In this document: one piece after another, positions 41,446 through 51,555 of the stretch
Numbering within the stretch: position 1 is the stretch's first letter
Layout of the letters: every line of letters starts with the position of its first letter
Assembly (NCBI GenBank): GCA_019347805.1
Contig: JAHWKR010000002.1
Span: 2,137 to 66,136 of the forward strand
From: Methanobacteriota archaeon
Lineage (GTDB): Archaea; Thermoplasmatota; E2; JACPAO01; JAHWKR01
Direction: 5' to 3'
Length of the DNA stretch: 64,000 nucleotides
Position numbers and translations under genes: made by a program
The notes under the pieces: model-generated
Told to the model about the DNA's origin: nothing
What the model saw: only the letters and a program-made list of their open reading frames with translations
Database searches by the model: none

Positions 41446-42282
41446 ATGTCGGAAGACGATTCCGAGGTCAAACCCTCCAATGACCGGGAGATCCAGAAGA
41501 CCTTCCACCGGACGGTGGACGAGGGGACGGCGCGCCTGGATCGCCCATGGTCGGGCCTGCTCGCCACGGGGACGGTGGGTGGGTTCGATGTGGGGATCGG
41601 TCTTCTTGCCGCGCTCGTGGTGCTTGATGCCACCGGTTCACGACTCCTTGCCGCGTTGGCGTTCACCATCGGCTTCATCGCGCTCGTCCTCGGGAAAAGC
41701 GAATTGTTCACGGAGAACTTCCTTGTGCCGGTCGTGACGACGGTGGCGCGAAGGAGACCGGTCCGTCCGCTCGTCCGTCTCTGGTTCGGGACCGGCGTCT
41801 CCAATCTGGCGGCCGGCTGGGTCCTTGGATGGATCATCATCGGGTCATTGCCCCATCTCGAAGGGGTCGCAATCGAAGCGGCGCTCTTGTTCGCGCACCT
41901 TCCGGTCCCCATCGCTTTCGGCCTCGGCATCCTTGGGGGCATCGTCATCACCCTCATGACCTGGCTCGAGCACGGCAGTCAGACGGAGGGGGGGCGGATC
42001 CTGTCCGCCGCGATGGCCGGGTTCCTGTTCGAGGCCGTACCGCTCAACCATTTCATCATCACATCGCTCATCATGTTCTGGGGCATCCATGCCGGCGGCC
42101 CGCTCGATTATCTCGATTGGTTGCGCATCGGTGGGATCGCGCTCGTGTCGAACATCATCGGGGGGATCGTCCTGGTGACGGCGCTGCGGCTCATGCAGAT
42201 CGGCGGAGAGGAGATCCACAAGGAACAGGCGCGACCGCGAGGCGCACGACGTGAGGCCGATGGGGTGGACGAAGAGCGCTGA
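41446..42282 (+). CDS. Formate/nitrite transporter family protein (YfdC-like)
   Basis: FTIGFI, SELFTENF, SNLAAG, LNHFII, SNIIGG; multiple TMs. Confidence 0.85.
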   Translation: MSEDDSEVKPSNDREIQKTFHRTVDEGTARLDRPWSGLLATGTVGGFDVGIGLLAALVVLDATGSRLLAALAFTIGFIALVLGKSELFTENFLVPVVTTVARRRPVRPLVRLWFGTGVSNLAAGWVLGWIIIGSLPHLEGVAIEAALLFAHLPVPIAFGLGILGGIVITLMTWLEHGSQTEGGRILSAAMAGFLFEAVPLNHFIITSLIMFWGIHAGGPLDYLDWLRIGGIALVSNIIGGIVLVTALRLMQIGGEEIHKEQARPRGARREADGVDEER

Positions 42283-42774
42283 TCACTCGATCTCGACAAG
42301 GACGCGTTTGGCGTCGATGTTCTCGCCGTTCTCCACGCCGACCGATTTCACGGTCCCTTCGACGGGGGAGACGATCTCGTTCTGCATCTTCATCGCCTCG
42401 AGGACCACCAGGACGTCACCGGCCTGGACGACGTCGCCTGCGGAGACGGCGACCTTGACCACCTTGCCCGGCATGGGGGGCTTGACCTGTGTGATGCCGC
42501 TCGCCGCGCCGCCGCCTTTCATGGCACCGGGGACGTTGGGCAGGGCGGGCCGAACGGTGATGGGGTAGGGTCTGCCGTCGACGCGCAGGTCGGTGCCGTC
42601 CACCTCGACGATATGCGCATGTCCATCGGCTTCGAGCTCGACGCGGCCACCCTTCGAGCCGTGCAATACGAAGACGTGTTCGCGTTCGCCGATCGTGACG
42701 GTGATGGTCTCCTTGGTCCGCTCGACCGTGGCCTCGACCTCGTGGTCGCCGTGGGTGGCGCGGATGCGGGGCGT
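42283..42774 (-). CDS. Biotin carboxyl carrier subunit (probable ACG start, in frame with the upstream biotin carboxylase)
   Basis: PPMPGKVV, VLEAMKMQNEI biotinylation motif; frame open up to the TGA at 42775-42777. Confidence 0.85.
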   Translation of the reverse strand, partial: TPRIRATHGDHEVEATVERTKETITVTIGEREHVFVLHGSKGGRVELEADGHAHIVEVDGTDLRVDGRPYPITVRPALPNVPGAMKGGGAASGITQVKPPMPGKVVKVAVSAGDVVQAGDVLVVLEAMKMQNEIVSPVEGTVKSVGVENGENIDAKRVLVEIE

Positions 42775-44319
42775 TCAGTCCACCCCCCGTCGGAGCGATT
42801 CGCGCCGTGCCACGTGTTTCCATTTCGAACCGCGCACGACCTCGGTCTCCTTGCGGCTGCGGGCGGCCGCGACGAGACGCATATAGCGGTCGGTGCCATG
42901 GTAGGCCTCGATGCCGGCGATGGCGGCGGCAAGACGACGTTCGGCGGCCTGTTCATGGGCGGCGCGGGTGCTTTGCAGGCGGTCCATGATGCCGGAGTCG
43001 CGTACGAAGCCGGTGTGATAGTCGCCGGAGACGAAGGCGTCGTCGCGCAGGACGAGCAGGTGGAAGGGGATGTTGGTGGTGAGTTCACCGACGTCGTACT
43101 CCGACAGGCCACGGTGCAGGCGGCCGATGGCCTGTTGTCGGTCTTCGCCCCAGGCGATGACCTTGGCGACCATCGAGTCGTATGCGGAGGGGACGGTGTA
43201 ACCCGGATAAAGATGCGAGTCGATGCGAATCCCGGGGCCGCCGGGGGGGAGGTAGGTGGCGACGGGGCCGGGGGTGGGCATGAAGTCGGTGAACGGGTCC
43301 TCGGCGTTGACCCGTGCCTCGATGGCCCAGCCGTTGGGGACGAGGTCCTTCTGTTTTCGTGGCAACGCCTCGCCGGAGGCGATGTGGAGTTGCCAGTGGA
43401 CGAGGTCGACCCCGTAGACCATCTCGGTGACCGGGTGTTCGACCTGCAGCCGGGTGTTCATCTCGTTGAAGAAGAAGTCGCCGTCCTCGAAGATGTATTC
43501 GCACGTGCCGACGTTGACGTACTCCACGGCTTCGGCGGCGAGGAGGCTCGCTTCGCCCATCCGCTTGAGGATCTTGTCGTCGACCACCGGGCTCGGGGCC
43601 TCTTCGATGAGTTTCTGGAAGCGCCGCTGGATGCTGCATTCGCGCTCGCCGACGTAGACGCCTTCGCCGTCGGCGTCGCGCGCCACCTGGATCTCGATGT
43701 GGCGCGGCTTGGTGAGGAACTTCTCGAGGAACATCTCGCCGTTGCCGAAAGCGGCGAGCGCCTGCGCCGAGGCGGTCTCGAAACGCTTGGCGAGTTCGCT
43801 CTCGTCGTGGACGACGATCATGCCCATGCCGCCGCCACCATAGGAGGCCTTCAACATGACGGGATAGCCGATCTCGCGCGCCCATTCCTTGGCCGCCTCG
43901 GTGTCGGTGAGCGGGGGGGAGCCGGGGGTGAGGGGGACGCCAGCCTTCTCCATGATGGCGCGCGCCTCGGTCTTGGAGCCCATCGCCGCGATCGACTTCG
44001 GCTTCGGGCCGATGAACGTGATGCCCTTGGCCTCGACGGCGTCGCAGAACTCGGTGCGCTCCGACAGGAAGCCGTAGCCGGGGTGGACGGCGTCGGCGCC
44101 GGTCTCAAGCGCGATCCCCACGATCTTGTCGATGTTGAGGTAGGTGCGGGCGTTGCCGCCCCCGCCGAGGGCGCGGGACTCGGCGGCGAGCCGGGCATGC
44201 AGTCCGTCGCGGTCCTCGTCGCTGTAGACGGCGACGGTCTTGACGCCGAGCTCACGGCACGCCCGGATGACCCGGACCGCGATCTCGCCACGGTTCGCGA
44301 TGAGCACTTTGTCGAACAT
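42775..44319 (-). CDS. accC: Acyl-CoA carboxylase, biotin carboxylase subunit
   Basis: KVLIANRGEIA, HPGYGFLSE, GGGGMG, RECSIQRR, EMNTRLQVEHPVTE, YDSMVAK; TATA CTTATATAG at 44347-44355. Confidence 0.95.
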   Translation of the reverse strand: MFDKVLIANRGEIAVRVIRACRELGVKTVAVYSDEDRDGLHARLAAESRALGGGGNARTYLNIDKIVGIALETGADAVHPGYGFLSERTEFCDAVEAKGITFIGPKPKSIAAMGSKTEARAIMEKAGVPLTPGSPPLTDTEAAKEWAREIGYPVMLKASYGGGGMGMIVVHDESELAKRFETASAQALAAFGNGEMFLEKFLTKPRHIEIQVARDADGEGVYVGERECSIQRRFQKLIEEAPSPVVDDKILKRMGEASLLAAEAVEYVNVGTCEYIFEDGDFFFNEMNTRLQVEHPVTEMVYGVDLVHWQLHIASGEALPRKQKDLVPNGWAIEARVNAEDPFTDFMPTPGPVATYLPPGGPGIRIDSHLYPGYTVPSAYDSMVAKVIAWGEDRQQAIGRLHRGLSEYDVGELTTNIPFHLLVLRDDAFVSGDYHTGFVRDSGIMDRLQSTRAAHEQAAERRLAAAIAGIEAYHGTDRYMRLVAAARSRKETEVVRGSKWKHVARRESLRRGVD

Positions 44320-44419
44320 GACGCTCCCTCTCCCCGACACCTGGAGCTATATAAGCGGTCCGGGCGCGTCGGGTGGGCGGCCAAGGGGGTGGCGGATTTG
44401 AGGGTTGCGGGGCGCACCG

Positions 44420-45970
44420 TCAGAGGGGGATGTTCCCATGCTTCTTCTGCGGCCGCGTCTCCTTCTTGTTGAGGAGGCTGCGCAAGCCGTCGATCAAGAC
44501 CGCGCGGGTCTCCGCCGGTTCGATGACGTCGTCGATGTAGCCCTTGCGGGCGGCGATGTAGGGGTTGGCGAACTTGGTGCGGTATTCCTCGACCAGTTTG
44601 TCCTTGGTCTTGGCCGGGTCCTTGGCGCCTTTGAGTTCGTTGCGGAAGACGATGTTGACAGCGCCTTCGGGCCCCATGACGGCGATCTCGGCGGATGGCC
44701 AGGCGTAATTGAAGTCGGCGCGCACATGCTTGCTGCACATGACATCGTAGGCGCCGCCGTAGGCTTTCCTGAGGATGACGGTGAGCTTGGGGACCGTCGC
44801 TTCGCAATACGCATAGAGCAGTTTGGCGCCATGGCGGATGATGCCGCCGTATTCCTGGTCTGTGCCGGGCAGGAATCCGGGCACGTCCACCAAGGTGACG
44901 AGCGGGATGTTGAACGAGTCACAGAAGCGGACGAAGCGTCCCGCCTTGTCGGCGGCGTCGATGTCGAGCACACCGGCCAACACACGCGGCTGGTTCGCCA
45001 CGACACCGACCGGATGTCCGTCCAATCGCGCGAACCCGCAGACGATGTTCTGCGCCCAGTCGCCATGCACCTCCATGAAGTCGCCGTCGTCGACGAGGCG
45101 CCGCACCACCTCGGTCACATCATACGGCTTGTCGGGGGAGTCGGGGACCACCTCGTCAAGGTCGGGTGCGATGCGCGCCGGGTCGTCCGTCGGCACCGCC
45201 CTTGGCGGGTCCTCGAGGTTGTTCGACGGCAGGAACGACAGGAGGCGCTTGATGTCCTCGATGCAGGCCGCCTCGTTCGGCGTGTTGAAGTGGGCGACAC
45301 CGGAGCGCGACGCGTGTGTCTCGGCGCCGCCGAGTTCGTCGAAGGTGACCTCTTCGTTGGTGACGGTCTTGATGACGTCGGGGCCGGTGATGAACATGTG
45401 GCTCGTGCCGTCGACCATGAAGATGAAGTCGGTGATGGCGGGCGAATAGACCGCCCCTCCGGCGCAGGGGCCCATGATGGCGCTGATCTGCGGGATGACC
45501 CCCGAGGCGATGGTGTTGCGGAAGAAGACCTCGGCGTAGCCACCGAGCGCGTCGACCCCTTCCTGGATGCGTGCACCACCGGAGTCGTTCAACCCGACCA
45601 TCGGCGCGCCGTTCTTGAGGGCCAGGTCCATGACCTTGCAGATCTTTTCCGCATGGACGAGCCCGAGGCTGCCGCCGAAGACGGTGAAGTCCTGGGCGAA
45701 GACGTAGACCAGGCGGCCGTCGACCGCGCCGTAGCCGGTCACCACGCCGTCGCCCGGCACCTGTTTCTCCTCCATGCCGAAGTCGTGGCAATCGTGGACG
45801 CGCATGGCATCGAGTTCACGGAAGCTCCCCGGGTCGAGGAGGAGGCCGATGCGTTCACGGGCGGTGAGCTTGCCGGCCTTGTGCTGGCGCTCGATGCGCT
45901 CCTCGCCGCCGCCTTTGTGGGTGCTCTTCTTGCGCGCGCGGAGGTCCGCGATCTTCCCCTGCATGGACAT
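44420..45970 (-). CDS. pccB: Acyl-CoA (propionyl-CoA-type) carboxylase, carboxyltransferase subunit
   Basis: [64 protein letters not shown]. Confidence 0.95.
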   Translation of the reverse strand: MSMQGKIADLRARKKSTHKGGGEERIERQHKAGKLTARERIGLLLDPGSFRELDAMRVHDCHDFGMEEKQVPGDGVVTGYGAVDGRLVYVFAQDFTVFGGSLGLVHAEKICKVMDLALKNGAPMVGLNDSGGARIQEGVDALGGYAEVFFRNTIASGVIPQISAIMGPCAGGAVYSPAITDFIFMVDGTSHMFITGPDVIKTVTNEEVTFDELGGAETHASRSGVAHFNTPNEAACIEDIKRLLSFLPSNNLEDPPRAVPTDDPARIAPDLDEVVPDSPDKPYDVTEVVRRLVDDGDFMEVHGDWAQNIVCGFARLDGHPVGVVANQPRVLAGVLDIDAADKAGRFVRFCDSFNIPLVTLVDVPGFLPGTDQEYGGIIRHGAKLLYAYCEATVPKLTVILRKAYGGAYDVMCSKHVRADFNYAWPSAEIAVMGPEGAVNIVFRNELKGAKDPAKTKDKLVEEYRTKFANPYIAARKGYIDDVIEPAETRAVLIDGLRSLLNKKETRPQKKHGNIPL

Positions 45971-46075
45971 GGGACAAGGCCGCGGGATGAAGGGGCGGTT
46001 CTTAAGGGGTGGGGGGCCATCCGACCGGTTGGCGGCACAACAGGCATTTAAACTCAGGGACACTGCCTTCGGCTG

Positions 46076-47170
46076 GTGATCGTTGGCGTGGCAGCCCCAT
46101 ATCCGACCCGACCGAAGGCTCTGGCGACCGCGCTTCTCCTGGTGCTCCTCTTGGCTCCCATGACGTTCACGGGGTCCTCCCTGGGTAGCGTTGGTGAGGC
46201 GGCGGCCAACCGCCCGGTCTACTATTACCGACAGGGGACGGACATCCATCTGGTGCAACCGCTCGAGGGTACGTCGAACATCACCGATTTCTACGGCTAC
46301 GACTTTACGGACGCGTCGCCGCACACGGGGTTGGAGAAGGCAGATATCAGCCAGATTTTCTTTTATGAGGGTTCGGACGGTGTCAGCCTGGTCCTGCTCC
46401 ACGACACGACGGACATGACGGCCGGAGCGGTGGACATGAGGTTCGAGGGATTTCCTTCGACCGGCAAGTGGGCGATCATGGACGACCTCGAGTGTTGTCC
46501 GGACGATCCGGATTTCGACTCCGACCTTGACACACTGGTGACCTGGGGCTGGGGGACCTGCTGCGCAGACGGCGGCGCGTTCCAAGGAGGCTTGGAGGAC
46601 AATTTCGAGATCACGATCCATTCAGCATGGGACAGTGACGCCACGAAGTGGCGGGCACCGTCGGTCCCCTCCACGAAGACAGCCTGGAATTTTGTGACCG
46701 GCTCGCTGTCGGCCCCCAGCCGGACGTCCTTGTCGAAAGAAGAGCCCTTGGTCATCGGACGTGCGGACCTGAGCCAGATCTCCCACCGCGGCTCCACGGG
46801 GTTCGACGCTTGTGTGCGCACCTGCAAGGACGGACACGAGGACCCATCGATCGGACCGGTCACGACAGGGGACCGCTCCCGGACGTTCACCACCCCGGGC
46901 CAAGTGCACTATATTCGCGTCAATGCCGTCTGGGAGAACGACCTCTACATCCACCACCGTATGCGCCTCTACGTCGAGTGCCTCGATTGTGCCGCTCCCG
47001 AGTTCCTTGTGGCAGAGGGCCGGTCGCCCATTTGGATCAACCAGGTCATCCCCGCATCCTGGGAGACGGACCAATTGCGGTTCCATGTACGCGGCGACGA
47101 CAACCTGCCGTACGGCTCGCGGGTCGAAGCGGACGAGCCGTTCCGCATCTCGGGCTTCGTGTTGTCCTAA
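46076..47170 (+). CDS. Secreted hypothetical protein (Asp-rich, two CC pairs)
   Basis: Signal peptide [14 protein letters not shown]; [16 protein letters not shown]...[13 protein letters not shown]; TATA ATTTAAA about 25 nt upstream. Confidence 0.65.
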   Translation: MIVGVAAPYPTRPKALATALLLVLLLAPMTFTGSSLGSVGEAAANRPVYYYRQGTDIHLVQPLEGTSNITDFYGYDFTDASPHTGLEKADISQIFFYEGSDGVSLVLLHDTTDMTAGAVDMRFEGFPSTGKWAIMDDLECCPDDPDFDSDLDTLVTWGWGTCCADGGAFQGGLEDNFEITIHSAWDSDATKWRAPSVPSTKTAWNFVTGSLSAPSRTSLSKEEPLVIGRADLSQISHRGSTGFDACVRTCKDGHEDPSIGPVTTGDRSRTFTTPGQVHYIRVNAVWENDLYIHHRMRLYVECLDCAAPEFLVAEGRSPIWINQVIPASWETDQLRFHVRGDDNLPYGSRVEADEPFRISGFVLS

Positions 47171-47285
47171 CGGTCAGGAATACAGCATGGGCCGAGAACG
47201 GGCCGCCCTCTGCGGATGGTCCCTTGCCTGGTTTGGACCCACTGCCCCCACAACCCATTTATGGGTCTCCCGGGTGCGCCCACAC

Positions 47286-48008
47286 GTGGCGACCACCCAA
47301 GAGATGCCGAGCGAGACGCTTCGTGCCAGTCGCCCGTCGGACCCGGTGTCGCCGCTCGAGAAGGAAGCGCTCAAGCAGATCGCCCTCCTCGGTGGCATCA
47401 TGGAGCAAGTGGAGCTCAATTCCTCCGAGTTCGCGAGCCTCCTTGCGACGTCGCAGCAGACGGCGAGCCGGCGCATCCTGGAACTCGTCGAAGAGGGCCT
47501 CGTCGAGCGCGATCTCGGCGTGCGCAAGCAGCGGCTCAAGATCACCCCGCAGGGGCTCGAGGTGCTGAAGGCGGAACATGCGGCCTATCAACGCATCTTC
47601 GAGCTCTCCGAGACGGTCCATCTCACAGGACGCGTGCGATCGGGGGTGGGAGAGGGCCAGTACTACATGAGCCAGGACGGCTACGTGCGCCAGTTCCGCG
47701 CCAAGATGGGGTTCACCCCCTATCCCGGCACCCTCAACGTGGAACTGTCGGGCCCTGAGGTCAACAAGCTGCGGCTCCTCAAGGCACGCCCGGCGGTCGT
47801 GATCGAGCGCTTCCAGACCGAGGAGCGCACCTTCGGCGGCGTGCACGCCTGGCCCGCGCGCATCTCCGGCAGGGCGTGCGCGGCCATCCTGCCGAACCGG
47901 ACGCACTACACGCGCGTCATCGAGGTCATCGCGCCCGAGCACCTGCGCTCCAGCCTGTCCCTCAAGGACGACGACCCGGTGGAGCTCGAGGTGGAGGTCC
48001 GGGACTAG
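47286..48008 (+). CDS. ribK: HTH + CTP-dependent riboflavin kinase (RbkR-type)
   Basis: SQQTASRRI HTH; SGVGEGQYY, PYPGTLN, RTHY, IEVIAP. Start is GTG 47286 or ATG 47304. Confidence 0.93.
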   Translation: MATTQEMPSETLRASRPSDPVSPLEKEALKQIALLGGIMEQVELNSSEFASLLATSQQTASRRILELVEEGLVERDLGVRKQRLKITPQGLEVLKAEHAAYQRIFELSETVHLTGRVRSGVGEGQYYMSQDGYVRQFRAKMGFTPYPGTLNVELSGPEVNKLRLLKARPAVVIERFQTEERTFGGVHAWPARISGRACAAILPNRTHYTRVIEVIAPEHLRSSLSLKDDDPVELEVEVRD

Positions 48009-48563
48009 ATGGTGGAGCCGTGGCGCGAAGGGAAAGGGCGCATCGGGGTCCTGCGCATCGGGCACCGCCCGGGCCGTGACAAGCGCATCACGACACATGT
48101 CTGTCTCACCGCGCGCGCCCTCGGTGCGGACGTCGTTTATGTCCATGAACCGGACGAGCGGGTGCTCGAGAGCGTCGACGGGGTGGTGAAGCGCTTCGGC
48201 GGTCCGTTCGAGACCCATCTGGTCGCCTCGTGGCGCGACATCATGCGCAGTTGGAAGGCGCGCGGGGCACAGGTGGTCCACCTGACCATGTACGGCATCC
48301 CGCTCGACGAGGCGGTGTCCCGGCTCGACGCGGAGCGCGACCTCCTGGTCGTGGTCGGCGCCGAGAAGGTCCCGTGGGAAGTATATGAAGAGGCGGAGGT
48401 GAACGTGTCGGTGGGCTCGCAGCCGCACAGCGAGGTCGCCGCCCTCGCCTTGTTCCTCGACCGGGCCACAAAGGGAGAATGGGACCTTCGCCCTTTCGAG
48501 GGTGAGGTCCGAGTCGTCCCGAGTGAGAAGGGCAAAGCGGTATCTAAAGGGAACGCACAATAG
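48009..48563 (+). CDS. trm56: tRNA (cytidine56-2'-O)-methyltransferase (aTrm56)
   Basis: LRIGHRPGRDKRITTHVCLTARALGA, VHLTMYG, VGAEKVP, QPHSEVAALA. Confidence 0.95.
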   Translation: MVEPWREGKGRIGVLRIGHRPGRDKRITTHVCLTARALGADVVYVHEPDERVLESVDGVVKRFGGPFETHLVASWRDIMRSWKARGAQVVHLTMYGIPLDEAVSRLDAERDLLVVVGAEKVPWEVYEEAEVNVSVGSQPHSEVAALALFLDRATKGEWDLRPFEGEVRVVPSEKGKAVSKGNAQ

Positions 48564-48640
48564 GTGATGGCGACGGCGCTCATCCCACGACCGCAAGGAA
48601 GTGGGGGAAGACATGGGACCGTCGGCATGAGGACCTCCCG

Positions 48641-49213
48641 ATGACCAGTTCCGTAGACGTCGAACGCCGCTCCGCATTCGCGACCGCAACCGCCGAATCC
48701 GGCAAGGACTGGATCCCGTCCCTGCAGGACCAGGTGGTGCGCGACTACATCATCGACGCCGCCGGAGAGCAGGGCCTCCTCCTGGCGGAGATCATCGAGG
48801 AGAGCCAGCCCATCCTCGGCGTCGACCTCGTCGAGCTCGTCGAGGACAAACCGTCCAACGTGCGCCGCTCGCTCTACAAGCTCGAGGAGGCGCGGGTGGC
48901 GCAATACGCCACCGACACCGACAAATCGGGTTGGGAGACCTTCACCTGGACCTTGTCGCTGAACGAGGTCAAGTTCGTCATCAACCGGGAGCGCAAGGCG
49001 CTCCTTGAACACCTCCGGAACCGTCTCAACTTCGAGGAGCTCACCACGTTCTTCCAATGCCCCGAGGAGCACCCGCGGGTCGACTTCGAGACAGGCACGG
49101 AACTCGGTTTCCGCTGTCCCACCTGCGACCTCCCGATGGACAATGTCGACAACACGTCCGACATCGAGCGCCTGAAGGAGCAGATCGCCGAACTCGAAGA
49201 CGTCGTCTTCTGA
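48641..49213 (+). CDS. tfe: Transcription factor E (TFE / TFIIE-alpha)
   Basis: VRRSLYKL winged helix, SGWETFTW, Zn ribbon FQCPEEH...FRCPTC. Confidence 0.9.
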   Translation: MTSSVDVERRSAFATATAESGKDWIPSLQDQVVRDYIIDAAGEQGLLLAEIIEESQPILGVDLVELVEDKPSNVRRSLYKLEEARVAQYATDTDKSGWETFTWTLSLNEVKFVINRERKALLEHLRNRLNFEELTTFFQCPEEHPRVDFETGTELGFRCPTCDLPMDNVDNTSDIERLKEQIAELEDVVF

Positions 49214-49360
49214 GGCGACGACCGACAAGCGACAAGACACGCATCGGCCGAGACCGGAGGGGGAGTGTCTCCTCACGCTGACCGGGACCCGTCGACCTTT
49301 TTCCCGGTCGTCCTTCTACACCGCCCTCGCCCCTCTTATAGATGAGGAGGTGAAGAGCTC

Positions 49361-50593
49361 GTGATGGCGTTCGACCTGGCGACGGCCCACCTCGGGACCG
49401 CGGTCGCCACCGGGCTCGCGTACCTGTTCGTCGCCTGGCTCGTCGCCCATCGTGAGGTCCCGGCGCGCTTGCGCGCCGCCCGCGGCGCTTTCTGCTGGTG
49501 GTGGGTCACCCTCGCCATGATGGCACTCCTCGGTTTCTTCCCCGGGCTTCTCACCACCCCTCTTGCCGACCAGAAGGCCGTCGTCGTTTCTTTGGGTACG
49601 ATGTTGTTGATCACCGGCGGGAGCGCCGCTATCCTCTATTACCAGGCCGTCCTCCTTGGCATCACCAAGTGGCCGGGACGCGTCGTCGCCGTCTATTACA
49701 CCGGGATGTTCCTCGGCTACACCGCCTTCGTCCTCTCGGCCGGACCCGCGTCCGACGGTCGCTTCGGTTCCATCGTCTATTCCAACGCCTGGATCGCCCC
49801 CGGCGGCACGCTCCACCCGGCGCTCACGATCAGCTATTTCTGGTTCATGCTCGGCCCCGGCCTCATCGGGACCGCGGTCCATCTGTGGGCCACCGACCGG
49901 TTGCAGGACAAAGAGGTCCGGGAGCGCTCCTACACGATCGCCGCGTCTCTCTTCGTCTGGTATCTTTTCGTCCTCGTCGGCTCCATCAGCATCCTCTCGG
50001 GCGCGGTGCCGCCCTGGCTGCTCTTCACTGCACGCATGGTCAACCTGGTCGCCGTCGCGATGGTCTGCCTCGCGCTCTTCCGGTCCCGACAGACAGGTCC
50101 GTTTCCTGGTGCTGTGTCGGACCTGGTCACCCATGGCGCACAGGGCGACATGGGACGCAAGCACGTGCTCCTCGTCGACGACGAAGCACCCATCCTGGAG
50201 TCCCTCTCCATCATCCTCGAGGAGTTCACCGACTCTGGTCCCAAGATCTGGCTGGCCCGCTCCGGCGAAGAGGCGGTCGCGCTCCTGGACCAGGAACGGT
50301 TCGACCTCATCATGAGCGATTACCGCATGAACGGCCTCTCCGGTGCCGATGTGCTCGAGTGGGCCGCACGCGTGCAACCGGACGCGGTGCGGGTCCTTCT
50401 CACCGGTTATTCCGAGGACAGTGTCGTCATGGACGCCGTCGAACGCGGCCACGTCCACGCCTATGCGCTCAAACCATGGGACGTGGGAAACATGGTCGCC
50501 GATGTCGACAAATGGCTGACCAGTGACGATGTGCACGAAGCGGCCAAGGAACAGGTGCTCGAGTTCCTCACCCGCAGCCGGGCGCTCGTCTGA
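49361..50593 (+). CDS. Multi-TM membrane protein fused to a C-terminal receiver (REC) domain
   Basis: About 7 hydrophobic segments, then VLLVDDE, IMSDYRM, LLTG, LKPW. Confidence 0.8.
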   Translation: MMAFDLATAHLGTAVATGLAYLFVAWLVAHREVPARLRAARGAFCWWWVTLAMMALLGFFPGLLTTPLADQKAVVVSLGTMLLITGGSAAILYYQAVLLGITKWPGRVVAVYYTGMFLGYTAFVLSAGPASDGRFGSIVYSNAWIAPGGTLHPALTISYFWFMLGPGLIGTAVHLWATDRLQDKEVRERSYTIAASLFVWYLFVLVGSISILSGAVPPWLLFTARMVNLVAVAMVCLALFRSRQTGPFPGAVSDLVTHGAQGDMGRKHVLLVDDEAPILESLSIILEEFTDSGPKIWLARSGEEAVALLDQERFDLIMSDYRMNGLSGADVLEWAARVQPDAVRVLLTGYSEDSVVMDAVERGHVHAYALKPWDVGNMVADVDKWLTSDDVHEAAKEQVLEFLTRSRALV

Positions 50594-50599
50594 GCCCGG

Positions 50600-51481
50600 T
50601 CACGACCGACCGGCATCGGCCTTGGTCGCTCCCAACGCCGCGTTGACCGTCTGAGGCACGCCGTCCGGCCCGCGATACTCGATGCGCCGTTCCTTCAGCT
50701 TGCAATGGACATAGCCGAGGAACGCCATGCCGATGCGCACGAGCCCCCAGAATGTCGACTGCCTGGCCAGCATCCGGCCCAGACTGTATTCTCCCCAAAG
50801 ACGGCCATGCTTGAGCGTCAACTGCTTGCGGCCATAACCGTTCCAATAGGCCTGCCGCATGAAGCCCTTGATCGAATCGCGCGCCCGTGCGTAAACGAGC
50901 GCCCGTTTCGTGTGCCGCAGGTCGTGTCCCGCATCGATGGCACGGAAATTGAGGTCGACGTCCTCGGCCGTGATGAACCGCTCGTCGAAACCGCCCACCT
51001 TGAGGAACACCTCGCGGCGATAGGCGAGATTGCAAGAGGGCCACGTCACGTCCTTGCCCTTGTGCTCGAGTTCCACCCGCTGCATGTTCGCGAACGCCCA
51101 ATAGCCCATGTAGCGGGTGTCGCCCGCGACGATGTCCGCCCCGGCGTCGAACGCCTCCAGGATACCCTCGAGCCAGAACGCGTTGGCGATGCAATCGCCG
51201 TCGATGAACGCCACCAGCTCCGAACGCGCATACGCCACACCGGCATTGCGCCCGGCACCGCGCCGACCCGGTACCCGGAACGGCCGCACCTGTGGAAAAC
51301 GGGTCGCGTAGTCCTCAAGGATCTCCCACGTGCCGTCCGTGGAGCCCGCGTCCACCACCACGACCTCGTGCGCCGGCACCTGCGCCACGAGCGAATCCAG
51401 GAGGTCCCGGATGCCCTTCCGCTCGTTGAGGACGGTCGTCACGACCGAGACACGGGGCGAGACAGGAGGGGCCTCCATCAA
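50600..51481 (-). CDS. Glycosyltransferase family 2
   Basis: VSVVTTVLNE, VVVDAGSTDGT, AFIDGDC, GGFDERF, EDVDL. Confidence 0.9.
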   Translation of the reverse strand: MMEAPPVSPRVSVVTTVLNERKGIRDLLDSLVAQVPAHEVVVVDAGSTDGTWEILEDYATRFPQVRPFRVPGRRGAGRNAGVAYARSELVAFIDGDCIANAFWLEGILEAFDAGADIVAGDTRYMGYWAFANMQRVELEHKGKDVTWPSCNLAYRREVFLKVGGFDERFITAEDVDLNFRAIDAGHDLRHTKRALVYARARDSIKGFMRQAYWNGYGRKQLTLKHGRLWGEYSLGRMLARQSTFWGLVRIGMAFLGYVHCKLKERRIEYRGPDGVPQTVNAALGATKADAGRS

Positions 51482-51555
51482 GGGCCATTCGACCCCGGGG
51501 GTTTTCCGTGTTGCGGATGAGGGAGGGGGACGGACGCTACCGGACCCGCTTCGCC

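Noticed and set aside
42775-42777. Selenocysteine recoding of the in-frame TGA
   Set aside because: The position is an interdomain linker rather than a catalytic Cys site, and there is no evidence of a SECIS or sel genes.
45971-46621. 216-aa N-terminal extension of pccB in the ORF track
   Set aside because: It is the antisense shadow of 46076-47170; pccB has its own ATG at 45970 with a TATA box at 45999-46006.
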